From Ostreococcus lucimarinus (Eukaryota), in the NCBI GenBank assembly GCA_000092065.1, contig CP000589.1: 64,000 bases of DNA; one strand, written 5' to 3'. Of the stretch, positions 18,597 through 29,031 are shown one piece after another. Positions within the stretch are counted from its first letter, which is position 1. Each line of letters starts with the position of its first letter. The notes under the pieces are model-generated. The model had not been told where the DNA came from. It worked only from the letters and a program-made list of their open reading frames with translations, and ran no database searches. A program made the translations under genes and the position numbers.

Positions 18597-20120
18597 ATGC
18601 GCGTCCCCGCGCGCGATGGGATCAAGCGCGTAATCATCATCGCCTTCTTCTTCGCCGCATCCGCCGTGGAATTCGGCACGTATCCCGTCGCGTCCGTCGT
18701 CGAGTTTCGCGTGCAGGCGCCCAGATTTCCGACGAGTTCGCACCGGAAAAGCTTTCTGAGCGCGCGCGCGCGCGAGCGAGCCACCGCGACGGCATCCGCG
18801 ACGCGATTCGGAGAAGCGTTCGGGTATTCGTGGACCGTAGAGGCGCGTACGCGCGAGACGGACGGTCGGAATGAGGTGGAGGTACGGGCGGCGAGAACGC
18901 GAGGACTCGGGCTGACGTCGACGCGAATGTTCGCGTTCACGGTCGTGACGCGCACGGGAGTATCTGCGCAAAGCATGCGAGATAGACTTGTCGGGACGAG
19001 CGGGCGCGAATTGCCGACGTCGGCGCACATTGAGCAGTCGCTGGTGGAGTCGACGCTGTCGACGGCGGAGTTGACGAAGATCCCGGGGGCGTCTGGGGAA
19101 CATGGCGATGTAGACCTCGTGATACGCGTGCGTTTGTGGAGTAATCCGTTTCACGTGGTGTTCAAGGACGAGGTGTACGATGTGGCGACGATTTTGGGGT
19201 TGACGACGTACGCCAGCGTGTTAATTTTACGCGGGCTGTCTGAGTTGCGAGACGAACGCGAGAGGCGCCGAGCGGCGAGGAAAGTTCGATTGATGCGTTC
19301 GGAGATTGCGCAATTAGAATCAGTGGCGAACGAAAAGGCGGACAAGCTGCGCATCTTGTCGGCTATTGCACGAGTCCCATTTGTCGCGGTGTTTGAGACG
19401 GTTCAAATTCCAATGAGAGTCGTCGACTGGACCGCGTCTGCCATCTCTGACATTCTCATCGAGACGGCAAATTTGGTGCTGATTGTCATCTTACTTTTGA
19501 TGCCCCCGTCGCGCGAAAACGCGCCGATGGCTTCAAGCGAGAATCACGCGAAGCAGGCGACGGGTTCGAAGCATAATCGAAAACATCGTCAAAGACCGCC
19601 GCGCTCGCCGAAACGCAGAAGTGAACTCGACCCCAAGAGCGAGCACGCTCGTAAAGAGTCGATGGACATATTACTGAAACGTTTCGTCATTGCCGAGGAA
19701 GACATGGACGAGGAACGTCAGCGCGCGGCGAAAGATGCGATCGGTCATGCCCAGGCGCAGATGCGCGCGAAAATGAAGCGCGATCGAATCACCGACATGC
19801 GGCTGAGAGATTCAAAGCAGCGTGAAGGTGAAGATTTCGCGGCGGAACTTTTCGCCAATGTCCCAGGCTTATCCGTAGGCACGCGCGACATGAGACCAAT
19901 GTCGTCATCTTCATCGGACACGCACGAGCGCCAGGCGAGCTGGGAGCTGCACAATCGTCAAAAAAGCTTAATTCACCACATGCTGCAAGAAATCGACGGT
20001 TTGGAACTGCCGCCGGATTCCAAAACAACCGTACCGATCGAAGAACCGGTGACGCCGAAGAGCTCGCACACCAAAAATCCAAGCTTTGCTCGCGTATGGA
20101 ATGCCCCGACGGGGTTCTAG
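18597..20120 (+). CDS. hypothetical protein (507 aa), no recognisable domain; possible lineage-specific gene
   Basis: Uninterrupted ORF with strong GC3 bias, flanked by an AT-rich upstream spacer. Hydrophobic N-terminus (VIIIAFFFAASAV), one internal TM (LVLIVILLLM), charged Lys/Arg/Glu/Asp-rich C-half. Confidence 0.35.
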   Translation: MRVPARDGIKRVIIIAFFFAASAVEFGTYPVASVVEFRVQAPRFPTSSHRKSFLSARARERATATASATRFGEAFGYSWTVEARTRETDGRNEVEVRAARTRGLGLTSTRMFAFTVVTRTGVSAQSMRDRLVGTSGRELPTSAHIEQSLVESTLSTAELTKIPGASGEHGDVDLVIRVRLWSNPFHVVFKDEVYDVATILGLTTYASVLILRGLSELRDERERRRAARKVRLMRSEIAQLESVANEKADKLRILSAIARVPFVAVFETVQIPMRVVDWTASAISDILIETANLVLIVILLLMPPSRENAPMASSENHAKQATGSKHNRKHRQRPPRSPKRRSELDPKSEHARKESMDILLKRFVIAEEDMDEERQRAAKDAIGHAQAQMRAKMKRDRITDMRLRDSKQREGEDFAAELFANVPGLSVGTRDMRPMSSSSSDTHERQASWELHNRQKSLIHHMLQEIDGLELPPDSKTTVPIEEPVTPKSSHTKNPSFARVWNAPTGF

Positions 20121-20232
20121 CCGCCTACCGGCGCATGTATTCTATCATTTATTTCTTGTCATTTTTTCCATGCCCGACATCTCGCCCGACGTGTGCCTCC
20201 CCGCGCTCCGGCGGCACTCATCCTCGCGCGAC

Positions 20233-21246
20233 ATGAGACTTCGCGTGCGCACGCCCGACGGGGCGCAGCACGTTATCGACGCCGACGACGATTGCACGTG
20301 CGGTGCGCTCAAACGCGTCATTCAAGACGCCACCGGCGTCGAAACGCGCGCGCAAAAGTGGAAACTCGGTTTCCCACCGGTCGACGTTGACGTGGACGAT
20401 GAAGCCGCGTTGTGCGCATCGTTGGGCGTACGCGGAGGCGAGACGCTCGCCGTGACGGCGATTGCACTCGAAGACGCGGCGGTGGCGAGTTCTGACGCGA
20501 TGGCGGCGGCGCCGACGACGTACGCGAGCATGGCAAACATGGACGAAGACGAGGCGTTCGCGCGAGCGCTGGCGATGAGCATGAACGAAGGAGTCGACGG
20601 CATCTCGACGTCTACGAGTGATTTCATACGACTGGAGGACATGCACGCAATCAGGCGAGTGATCGCGAGTGACAATAGCTGTTTATTCAACGCCGTCGGG
20701 TACTGTTGCGAGAAGTCTCTTCGCGAGTCGACTCGGCTGAGGAAAGTCATCGTGGACGCCATACGCGCCGATCCGGCGACGTTCGACGAGGCGTTTTTAG
20801 GAAAAGCCCCGACGGAATACGCAGACTGGATTTCCAAGCCGAACAGTTGGGGTGGCCAAGTGGAGCTGTTCATTCTCGCCAAGGCGTTGCGCGTGGAAAT
20901 CGCGGCGTACGACATTCAAACCGAACGCTGCGACGTCTACGGCCAAGACGCCGACTACGAAGACCGTATCATGGTCATTTACGACGGTTTACACTACGAT
21001 TCCATCGTGTTAAACCCATCTTCCATCGGTGCTGACGTCGAGAAAGACGTTTCCCGCGTCCCCGCGTCGACGCCCGCGCTCGCCTCCGTCGCCGCTCTCG
21101 TCCGCTCGCAGCACGCAGCCAAAAAGTTCACCGACACCGCCAATTTCTCTCTCCGCTGTCTCGTCTGCCAGAAAGGTCTCACCGGCCAAGCCGAGGCCGT
21201 GGCGCACGCGAAATCAACCGGGCACGCCAACTTCGGCGAGTATTAA
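20233..21246 (+). CDS. OTU1: OTU-domain deubiquitinase OTU1/YOD1 (UBX-like N-domain, OTU core, C-terminal C2H2 zinc finger)
   Basis: Catalytic DNSCLFNAVGYC. WGGQVELFILAKALRVEIAAYD. DGLHYDSIV (His). C-terminal finger CLVCQKGLTGQAEAVAHAKSTGH. Track start 20086 is TTG; ATG 20233 gives the UBX-like start MRLRVRTPDG. Confidence 0.8.
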   Translation: MRLRVRTPDGAQHVIDADDDCTCGALKRVIQDATGVETRAQKWKLGFPPVDVDVDDEAALCASLGVRGGETLAVTAIALEDAAVASSDAMAAAPTTYASMANMDEDEAFARALAMSMNEGVDGISTSTSDFIRLEDMHAIRRVIASDNSCLFNAVGYCCEKSLRESTRLRKVIVDAIRADPATFDEAFLGKAPTEYADWISKPNSWGGQVELFILAKALRVEIAAYDIQTERCDVYGQDADYEDRIMVIYDGLHYDSIVLNPSSIGADVEKDVSRVPASTPALASVAALVRSQHAAKKFTDTANFSLRCLVCQKGLTGQAEAVAHAKSTGHANFGEY

Positions 21247-21490
21247 CCGCGTCGCCTCTTCACGTATGCCTTTCAGTGCGATGTCAATTAGAGCGGTTTT
21301 TGAAATTCTTTTCTTCTGTCCTTCGCGTCGCCATTCGCCGCCGCGCGAACGCCGAACCGCACACGTCCGCGCCTTCGCGCCGACGCACGCGCACCGTCAC
21401 CGCGCATCGCGCGCTCCACCGGCGCGCGCGAGCGTCCGCGCGATTCCGCGACGCGCGCGATCGATCTCCCGCCGAGCGACAGGTTGCAGA

Positions 21491-21514
21491 TTTGAAAATC
21501 GCGCGCGCGAAAAC
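21491..21514 (-). promoter_or_regulatory. E2F-like element TTTTCGCGCGCG about 80 bp upstream of the SMC3 ATG
   Basis: Plus strand gatttgaaaatcgcgcgcgcgaaaacg; the minus strand reads TTTTCGCGCGCGCGATTTTC, matching the E2F consensus TTTSSCGC. Confidence 0.25.
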
Positions 21515-21591
21515 GCACGGCGACGCGACGACGCGGGACGCGGGCGACGTCGTAGAGCGAAGACACCGCGCGGTTGAACGCGCCGAGCGCG

Positions 21592-24500
21592 ATGCACATC
21601 AAACAAGTGATCGTCGAAGGGTTTAAAACCTACCGCGAACAGACGGTGGTGGATTTCGACGACGGGTTGAATTGCATCGTCGGCGCCAACGGGTCGGGAA
21701 AATCAAACTTGTTTCACGCGATTCGGTTCGTGCTGAGCGATGTGTTCGGGAATTTGCGAGCCGAAGAGAGACAGAGACTGTTGCACGAGGGAGCGGGGCA
21801 CGCGGTGATGTCGGCGTACGTGGAGATTGTGTTCGATAACGCCGACGGACGCTTGCCGGTGGAGCGGGAGGAGGTGCGCCTGCGAAGAAATATTGGTTTG
21901 AAGAAGGATGAATATTATCTCGACAAGAAGCACGTGACGCGCGCTGAAGTGGTTAACTTACTCGAGAGCGCTGGTTTCAGCCGAACGAACCCTTATTACG
22001 TCGTACAACAAGGGAAAATTATGAAGATGGCGACGATGCAAGACGAGGAGCGTTTGGACTTATTGAAGGAGATCGGGGGCACGAGCGTCTTCGAGGCGAA
22101 GCGCAAAGAGTCCCTTAAGGGCTTGGACGAGACTAAATCGAAGCGAGAACAAGTGCAAGAGACCGTTGAGTTCATCGAAAGCCGTCTGGCGGAGCTCGAT
22201 GAGGAGAAAGACGAGTTGCAAAAGTATACCGACTTGGACAAGACGCGACGGTCTTTGGAGTACACCATTTACGAGCAAGACTTGAGTGATGCGAGAAGCA
22301 AATTGGATGAGATTGAGCAACAACGAAGCGCGACGAACGAGTCGAGCCGCGTGGATGACGACAAAATGAACACGATGAGTGAAAACTTGCGCACGCATGA
22401 AAAGGAGCTCAAGGATAGCTCGCGCGCCGCCGCGCAACTGAAGCGCGAGCTCACGACGGCGGAGGAAGAGTTGCGCGGCATCGTCGCCCGACGAACCACC
22501 GCTGAGCTGGACGTGAAAGATTTGCGCGAAACGATTCAAACCGGCGAAGAGTCGTTGGCCGGTATCGCAGGTCAAAAGACGGATGTCGAAAAGGCGACGT
22601 TGGAGACGCAAAAGAAGCTCGACGCTGTGCGTGAAAAGTATAACGCCGAAGTTGCCGTGGAAGAAGCCAAGGATCGTGAAATCGCCGAGATCGAACGTCG
22701 CTCACAAAGCTTGTACCAAAAGCAAGGTCGCAGCGAACGTTTTAAGACGAAGGGTGAACGCGATACGTGGTTGAAGAGCCAAATCAAAGACGCCACCGCG
22801 ACGAAGAAACAAAAGACGAAGGAGGTGGAGACGCTCGAAAATGACTTGAAGGAAATTCGCGCCACGCAATCCAGTGACGAGAAGGACCGCGCTTCCATGG
22901 AAGCCGAACTCATCGTTGAAGAAGAAAAGTTGGCGGATTTCGAGGCGCAGTACAAGAAGGCGATGACGGAGCGAAACGAGGCCCAGAACGCTCGCAAGGA
23001 TCTTCAGCGCAAAGACAACGAGGTCGACAACTCGCTGGCGTCTTGCGAAGAGGAAGTGAAGAAGCGAGACAAGCAGCTCGAGTTTTCTATGCCTCGTGAC
23101 CTTCAACGTGGTATGGCTGCCGTTCAGCGTATCGTCAAGGAACACAACATCGAAGGCGTGCACGGCCCTCTCATCGAGCTCATGGAGACTGACGAGCGAT
23201 TTCACAGCGCTATCGAAGCCAGCGCGGGTAATCAGCTCTTTCACATCGTCGTCGATCATGATGAGATTGGTAGTCGAGTCATCGAGTTCTTGAACAAAGA
23301 GAAAGGTGGTCGTGTTACGTTTTTGCCGCTCAATCGCATGAACCCACCGAACGTTACATACCCCGAAGGCAGTGATGCCTTTCCTCTTCTCTCAAAGCTC
23401 AAGTACGACGCAAAATTTGACGCCGCGTTCAAGCAAGTCTTTGCGCGTGTTTTGATTTGTCGGAACATTGACGTCGCCGTTTCCAAGGCGCTTTCTTCGC
23501 AACTCAACTGTGTCACCATGGATGGGGACACCGTGAGCAACAAAGGTTCCATGAGTGGTGGTTACCAAGACACGAGCCGAAGCCGAATCGCCGCCATGAC
23601 GGCGCTGCGCGAATTGAACGTTAACCGTGATGATCTCAAAGAAACCAGCGCTGGCGTGAAAAAGTCTCTCCAAGCTGCGGAACAAAAGATGTCAGCCGTT
23701 CTCGGTGATATCAGTCGACTCGAGTCGCAAAGACGTCACAGTGCTCAGCGTGTGGATCGATTAAAGCATGAGTTGCGCTTCTACGGAGACACGGGCACGC
23801 GAGCCAGCTCTCTTCTTGAACAGACGGAAAAGAGCATCGCCGTTATGCGAGCTGATATCGAACAAGTGGACACACACATCGCCGATCTGACTAGTGAGAT
23901 CGGTTCGAGTCTGGACGCAACCTTGAGTCAAGCTGAAGTTCAAGAGCTTGAAAAGCTCACCTCTCACGCGACGACGCTCAAGCAAGAAAAAGTCACCATC
24001 GCCGCTCGCCGACTCGACGTGTACACGCAGTTGAGCGAACTCCAGACGGCTCTCGAAACCAACCTGAACCGCCGTGCGAAACGCATCGCCCTGACGTCTG
24101 GCGAACTTGACATCAACAGCTTACGCGCCGAGCTCGCCAAGCTCGAAGGTCAGTTGAAGACGGTGCAAAACGACGAAGCCATCGTGCGTAAAAACTACGA
24201 CGGCATCGCGGAAAAGCTTCGAACGGTGCAAGCGAATATTGAAGCGGCGAATACAGAGATTGAAAAGCTTCGAGCGTTCAAAGAGTCGATGAGCTCGTCT
24301 TTAGGCGAACGTGAAAAGGTCATGGAAACTCTCATGTCCAAGGCTGCGACGCTGTCGCAAAAGCGCGAAGCACTTCAGAAGAAGATTCGAGAACTCGGCT
24401 CGCTTCCATCCGACGCCTTCGACCGTTACCGCGGTGAGTCGCTCAAATCCCTGCACAAGCTGTTGAGCAAAACGAACAACCAGCTGTCCAAGCTCGGTCA

Positions 24501-25221
24501 CGTTAACAAGAAAGCGCTCGACCAATACCAGCAGTTTACCGAACAGCGAGAAGAGCTCGAGAAGCGTCGTTCCGAAATTAACAAGGCGTTTGACAGCATC
24601 ACTCAACTCATCGATCATTTAGATCACAAGAAGGATGAAGCGATCGAACGTACTTTCAAACAGGTCAGCATGAATTTCAAGGACGTCTTCCATCGACTCG
24701 TCCCCGGTGGCCGCGGTGAACTCGTCATGCAACGCAAGCGCGCGGCGAACCGGGACCCGGAGGAAGAGGGCGAACCGGCGGCTAATCCGACCACGTTCAG
24801 CGAGAAGTATAGCGGCGTGAAGATCAAGGTGAGCTTCGGACAAGGTGAAACTATGCAGATGAAGCAGTTGTCTGGCGGGCAAAAGACTGTCGTCGCTGTT
24901 GCGCTCATCTTTGCCATTCAACGCTGCGATCCGATGCCGTTTTACCTCTTCGACGAAATCGACGCCGCGCTCGACCCGCAGTACCGCACCGCCGTGGCGC
25001 ACATGGTCAAAGGTCAGGCGAACAATAAGACGCAATTCATCGCCACGACTTTCCGTCCAGAAATCGTGAAAGAAGCGACTTGCATTCAAGGCGTGTCTCA
25101 CTCTCACAAGGTGTCCACAGTTCAAAAGGTCGCCTTGGAGGAAGCTCTCCAATTTGTTGGCGAAGACACCGCGCAAGTGCAACAAGTCGCTCCGACCGAA
25201 CGCGGTCCCCCGACGCCGTAG
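21592..25221 (+). CDS. SMC3: structural maintenance of chromosomes protein 3 (cohesin SMC3)
   Basis: N-terminal Walker A MHIKQVIVEGFKTYREQTVVDFDDGLNCIVGANGSGKSN...IRFVLSD. Long coiled coils. Hinge. C-terminal signature LSGGQKTVVAVALIFAIQRCDPMPFYLFDEIDAALD. Track start 21574 is TTG; ATG 21592. Confidence 0.9.
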   Translation: MHIKQVIVEGFKTYREQTVVDFDDGLNCIVGANGSGKSNLFHAIRFVLSDVFGNLRAEERQRLLHEGAGHAVMSAYVEIVFDNADGRLPVEREEVRLRRNIGLKKDEYYLDKKHVTRAEVVNLLESAGFSRTNPYYVVQQGKIMKMATMQDEERLDLLKEIGGTSVFEAKRKESLKGLDETKSKREQVQETVEFIESRLAELDEEKDELQKYTDLDKTRRSLEYTIYEQDLSDARSKLDEIEQQRSATNESSRVDDDKMNTMSENLRTHEKELKDSSRAAAQLKRELTTAEEELRGIVARRTTAELDVKDLRETIQTGEESLAGIAGQKTDVEKATLETQKKLDAVREKYNAEVAVEEAKDREIAEIERRSQSLYQKQGRSERFKTKGERDTWLKSQIKDATATKKQKTKEVETLENDLKEIRATQSSDEKDRASMEAELIVEEEKLADFEAQYKKAMTERNEAQNARKDLQRKDNEVDNSLASCEEEVKKRDKQLEFSMPRDLQRGMAAVQRIVKEHNIEGVHGPLIELMETDERFHSAIEASAGNQLFHIVVDHDEIGSRVIEFLNKEKGGRVTFLPLNRMNPPNVTYPEGSDAFPLLSKLKYDAKFDAAFKQVFARVLICRNIDVAVSKALSSQLNCVTMDGDTVSNKGSMSGGYQDTSRSRIAAMTALRELNVNRDDLKETSAGVKKSLQAAEQKMSAVLGDISRLESQRRHSAQRVDRLKHELRFYGDTGTRASSLLEQTEKSIAVMRADIEQVDTHIADLTSEIGSSLDATLSQAEVQELEKLTSHATTLKQEKVTIAARRLDVYTQLSELQTALETNLNRRAKRIALTSGELDINSLRAELAKLEGQLKTVQNDEAIVRKNYDGIAEKLRTVQANIEAANTEIEKLRAFKESMSSSLGEREKVMETLMSKAATLSQKREALQKKIRELGSLPSDAFDRYRGESLKSLHKLLSKTNNQLSKLGHVNKKALDQYQQFTEQREELEKRRSEINKAFDSITQLIDHLDHKKDEAIERTFKQVSMNFKDVFHRLVPGGRGELVMQRKRAANRDPEEEGEPAANPTTFSEKYSGVKIKVSFGQGETMQMKQLSGGQKTVVAVALIFAIQRCDPMPFYLFDEIDAALDPQYRTAVAHMVKGQANNKTQFIATTFRPEIVKEATCIQGVSHSHKVSTVQKVALEEALQFVGEDTAQVQQVAPTERGPPTP

Positions 25222-25328
25222 ATACGCACGTTAGAGAAACATTGATGCGAATGACTGTATAGATGAACCCATAGTGATACCAGTATAATGAGAAACTAAA
25301 CCATGTTACAAGTGAGCGCTACGTGATG

Positions 25329-26387
25329 CTAGTTGCTAATTTTGCTCGCTTGGAGTCGTTTTTTAATCGTGCAGTTCGCGATGAGCGCATCTAAGTCGTC
25401 CTTCCATCCCAGCATTGAGCACAGCTCGGCGACGCCGTCGTCGCACTGACCCAAGAACAACGCGTCACGATAATTTGTCGCCTCATCAAAGTCAAATCCC
25501 GTGCCCCGACCGAGCCCAGCCATCCGATATAATTTCGTGACGCGCGTGTTCTGCGCCTCGCCGCAACGTTCGAGATTAATCAAGAGCCTCGGTACGTGCT
25601 CCTTCGGCCTTTCGATCAAACCGGCGAACGGATGGACGACTAAACTCGTTCCGATGACGATGAGCAAGTCGCACACCTCGAAGTCTTTTTGCGCGCACTC
25701 GAAGAATCGACGCGGAAGATTTTCGCCAAAAAACACGATATCCGGCTTGACAAACTCGCCACATTTGGCGCACGTCATCGGCGTTCCCGCACGACACGCT
25801 CTCTCCACTTCGTAGATGTTGGCGTCGTGTCCATTCAAACACTTCGCGCTGTCGAAATTACCGTGTGCGGCGACGACTTTATCCTTCGGCAGCCCCGTGG
25901 CGCACTCCAACGAATCGATGTTTTGCGTAAAGCATCGCCGCAACAGCCCGCGGTCGTGCAACAGCTTAATGAAATAATGCGTCGGCGTCGGGGCGTAGAG
26001 CCCCGGATACAGATCCTTCGCGAGCTTATAAAACGCCTCGGGCTTCTCCCTAAAGTACCCAAGCTCGAAAATCGCCTGCGGATACGGCAAATCGTACTCG
26101 CCCAATCGCGCGTACAACCCGCGCTCGCTTCGAAAATCCGGTATCCCCGCGCTCACCGATATCCCCGCTCCCGTCATCACCACCACGTTTTTCACCCCGC
26201 CGCGCTCGATGTGCTTCGCGATCCCGCGAAGATCGAACGTTTCGAGCGCCGTCGCCGCCGCCGCCGCGCTCGACTCGCCGAGTCGCTCCGCCGCCAGGCG
26301 TTCCATGAGCTCCAGCATCTCCGTCGACTCCCGACCGAACCCGTACCCCGACGACGACGACGACGACCCGCTCGACGATGTTTCCGA

Positions 26388-26428
<41 letters not shown>

Positions 26429-26561
26429 GCGCGCCGCCGTCGGCCCCGCGCGAGGCATCGACACCGTCGCGCGCCGCGCTCGCGTCGTCCGCGCCCGCGT
26501 CCGCGCGCCGCGCGCGCGCGCGCGCCTCGTCGTCGTCGCGCGCCTCGTCGTCGTCGCCCAT
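25329..26561 (-). CDS. NAD-dependent protein deacetylase, class I sirtuin (SIRT2/Hst2-like) with acidic poly-Asp/Ser N-terminal extension
   Basis: Sirtuin motifs GAGISVSAGIPDFRS, TQNIDSLE, Zn-ribbon CAKCGEF. Start uncertain (ATG 26561 or 26624) because RPN7 starts at 26656 on the other strand. N-terminus contains [11 protein letters not shown] encoded by a (GTC)n tract. Confidence 0.85.
26393..26426. repeat. (GTC)n trinucleotide repeat (with (GAC)6 at 26349..26366) encoding poly-Asp on the minus-strand sirtuin gene
   Basis: gtcgtcgtcgtcgtcgtcgtcgtcgtcgtcgtc read directly; translates to [11 protein letters not shown] in the sirtuin N-terminal extension. Confidence 0.8.
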
Positions 26562-26655
26562 CGCGCCGCGCGTCGTCGCGTCCTCGCCGGTCAATGCCGT
26601 CGCGCCGGCCGCGCCGCGCCACATCGACGCGCGCGCCGACCGCGCCGCCGACGCC

Positions 26656-27879
26656 ATGGGCGCGGACGTCGAGATGCGCGACGACGCGGACGCGACGACG
26701 GCGATCGCCGACGCGGACGCGGACGAGACGGCGCTCGACACGTCGCGCGACGACGACGTCGACCTCGCGCAGAAGATTTTCGATCTCGAGCTCGCCGAGG
26801 GCGCGCGCGACGAGACGGCGGCGGTGATGGCGATCGTCGAGCGACGGAACATGGCGGCGACGTACGCGACGCTGTGCGAGCGGTTCGCGTGGCGCGCGGA
26901 CGCGGCGCTGACGGCGAAGATGGCGGACGCGAACGCGAAGCGGTTGGGAGAGATCGAAGCGAAGATCGAAGACGCGAAGGAAAATCTCGGGGACGTGGAG
27001 ATACGGGACGCGATGTGCGAGCGGGCGGAGTTTTACGCGAGCGTGGGGGAGATGGAGAAGAGCGAACGGGCGTACGAGGAGACGGAGGCGAAGACGGCGT
27101 CGATCGGGCAAAAGATGGACTGCGCGTTCGCGCTGATGCGCGCGCGGTTTTCGAGGTTGGAGCTGCACGAGGTGAAGAAATTGATCGAAAAGATTAAGGA
27201 TATGCTGGATCAACCGGGCGGGGGGGATTGGGAACGAAAGAACCGGTTGAAGGTGTACGAAGGGTTGCACGCGGTGGCGACGAGGAATTTTGAAACGGCG
27301 ACAAAGCTGTTTTTGGACTCGTTGAGCACGTTCACGTCGTACGAGCTGTTGTCGTACGATGATTTCGTGTTCTACACCGTCGTCTGCGCCGTGGTTTCGC
27401 TGCCGCGCACCGAACTCAAGGCGAAGGTGATCGATTCGCCCGAGGTGTTGAGCGTGCTCAACCGATTGCCCGGTCTCGGCGACTTTTTAAACGCCCTGCA
27501 CAAGTGTGATTATCGCACCTTCATGTCGGCGTTCCCCGTCGTCGCCGCGCAAGTGGAAAAGTCGGTGTGGATGAATCCCCATTTCAGGTACTTTTTGCGC
27601 GAGGTGCGCGTCGTGGCGTACGCGCAATATTTGCAAAGCTACAAGAGCGTGACGGTGAAGAGCATGGCGGATAGTTTCAACGTGAGCGAAGACTTTATCG
27701 ATCGCGAGCTCTCGCACTTCATCGTTTCTGGTAGATTGAACTGCAAGATTGACAAGGTTTCGGGGGTGTTACAAACCAACCGACCGGACTTGAAGAACTC
27801 GCTGTACCAAACTTTGATCAAGGACGGCGACGCACTGTTGAACAACGTATCCAAACTCTCTCGAGTGATAGATCTTTAG
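26656..27879 (+). CDS. RPN7: 26S proteasome regulatory (lid) subunit RPN7 / PSMD6 (PCI domain)
   Basis: Collinear with PSMD6: GGDWERKNRLKVYEGLHAVATRNFETATKLFLDSLSTFTSYEL...HFRYFLREVRVVAYAQYLQSYKSVTVKSMADSFNVSEDFIDRELSHFIVSGRLNCKIDKVSGVLQTNRPDLKNSLYQTLIKDGDALLNNVSKLSRVI. ATG 26656 inside track ORF 26209. Confidence 0.9.
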   Translation: MGADVEMRDDADATTAIADADADETALDTSRDDDVDLAQKIFDLELAEGARDETAAVMAIVERRNMAATYATLCERFAWRADAALTAKMADANAKRLGEIEAKIEDAKENLGDVEIRDAMCERAEFYASVGEMEKSERAYEETEAKTASIGQKMDCAFALMRARFSRLELHEVKKLIEKIKDMLDQPGGGDWERKNRLKVYEGLHAVATRNFETATKLFLDSLSTFTSYELLSYDDFVFYTVVCAVVSLPRTELKAKVIDSPEVLSVLNRLPGLGDFLNALHKCDYRTFMSAFPVVAAQVEKSVWMNPHFRYFLREVRVVAYAQYLQSYKSVTVKSMADSFNVSEDFIDRELSHFIVSGRLNCKIDKVSGVLQTNRPDLKNSLYQTLIKDGDALLNNVSKLSRVIDL

Positions 27880-28095
27880 ACGCGCGCCGGTGACGATTTG
27901 ACCACCTTGGCGATTTTAAATCAACCGTTTTCAAGCCATCAGACGAATTCTCCGCGCGCCGAAATCGGGCGTCTCTCAAACCAAGTCGCTTTTCGCGCGA
28001 ACGACGCGCGGGCGACGCTTTTTGTCACCGAAATTCAGCCTAAACCACCGCCCGCCTTCACTCCGCCGCGCAGCGCGCGTCGCGACTCGATCGCG

Positions 28096-29031
28096 ATGTA
28101 CGATGACAGCGACAGCGACAGCGACATCGCCTACGTCAGGCACGTCTTGCGGTACATGTACCCAGGATCGACGCCGAAAAACGGCCGAGTCATCGTGTTG
28201 CCGGCTGGGACGCTCGGCGACGGGAAGTACGGCGACGAGGAAATCGACGGCGAGTTCTGCGTCGCGCTCCTGATGGACGACGGCGTGAACGTCGATCGAT
28301 GGAGGGTGCGCGTGTACGATAACTCGTTCGACGGTTGGCGTTTACTCGGCGTTGGGATCACGAGCTTGTGTTGGAACCACGTCGGACCGTCGCTGCGCAG
28401 GTGCGAGCTACAGCTCGAGGAAAAGCCGCAGCCGGCGTCGACGTCGGCGATGGATGCGTTGGACTTGAACACGTGCCGAGCGCCGGCGGTGGGAGAGCAG
28501 AACGGTTATTTTGGCATAGGCATCTACAACGGAAAGAATACGCAGAATCTGGGCACGCTGTGGAGAAGCGCGTATCAACTGGGCGCGGCGTTCGCCTTCG
28601 TCATCGGGCGTCGATTCAAAAAAGAAGCGAGCGACACGCCAAAGTCATGGACACAGATTCCAACGTTTGAATACAGCGATTGGGATGATTTCGTGCGTAA
28701 ATCGCCCGTCAGTGCGGTGTGGGTCGGCGTTGAGATGGGCGGTACCCCGCTCGAAAATTTTGAGCACCCGCGAAACGCCGTGTACATACTCGGCAGCGAA
28801 GACACTGGGTTGAACACGACGATGCTTCGAGCATGTCAGCACCACATCGCATTACCAACCACTGGTACGCGGAGTCCGAGTTTCAACGTCGCCGTCACGG
28901 GCGCAATCATAATGTACGACCGCGAGCTCAAAAGGCGAGCCGCCGCGGCGAAGCTCGCCGCGCTCCCGACGCAAAATCGTCGAGACGGCATAGACAGCGT
29001 GAAACCACTCAAGTCGAGCGCCTCGCATTAG
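28096..29031 (+). CDS. SPOUT-class RNA 2'-O-methyltransferase, SpoU/TrmH family
   Basis: C-terminal SpoU knot motifs GYFGIGIYNGKNTQNLGTLWRSAYQLGAAF, VYILGSEDTGL, SFNVAVTGAIIMYD. Track start 27898 is TTG; first ATG 28096. Confidence 0.65.
   Translation: MYDDSDSDSDIAYVRHVLRYMYPGSTPKNGRVIVLPAGTLGDGKYGDEEIDGEFCVALLMDDGVNVDRWRVRVYDNSFDGWRLLGVGITSLCWNHVGPSLRRCELQLEEKPQPASTSAMDALDLNTCRAPAVGEQNGYFGIGIYNGKNTQNLGTLWRSAYQLGAAFAFVIGRRFKKEASDTPKSWTQIPTFEYSDWDDFVRKSPVSAVWVGVEMGGTPLENFEHPRNAVYILGSEDTGLNTTMLRACQHHIALPTTGTRSPSFNVAVTGAIIMYDRELKRRAAAAKLAALPTQNRRDGIDSVKPLKSSASH

Noticed and set aside
25689-27270. 502-aa (+) and 406-aa (-) Arg/Gly-rich ORFs
   Set aside because: Frame artefacts across the sirtuin/RPN7 head-to-head region. 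The real genes are in other frames with clear homology.
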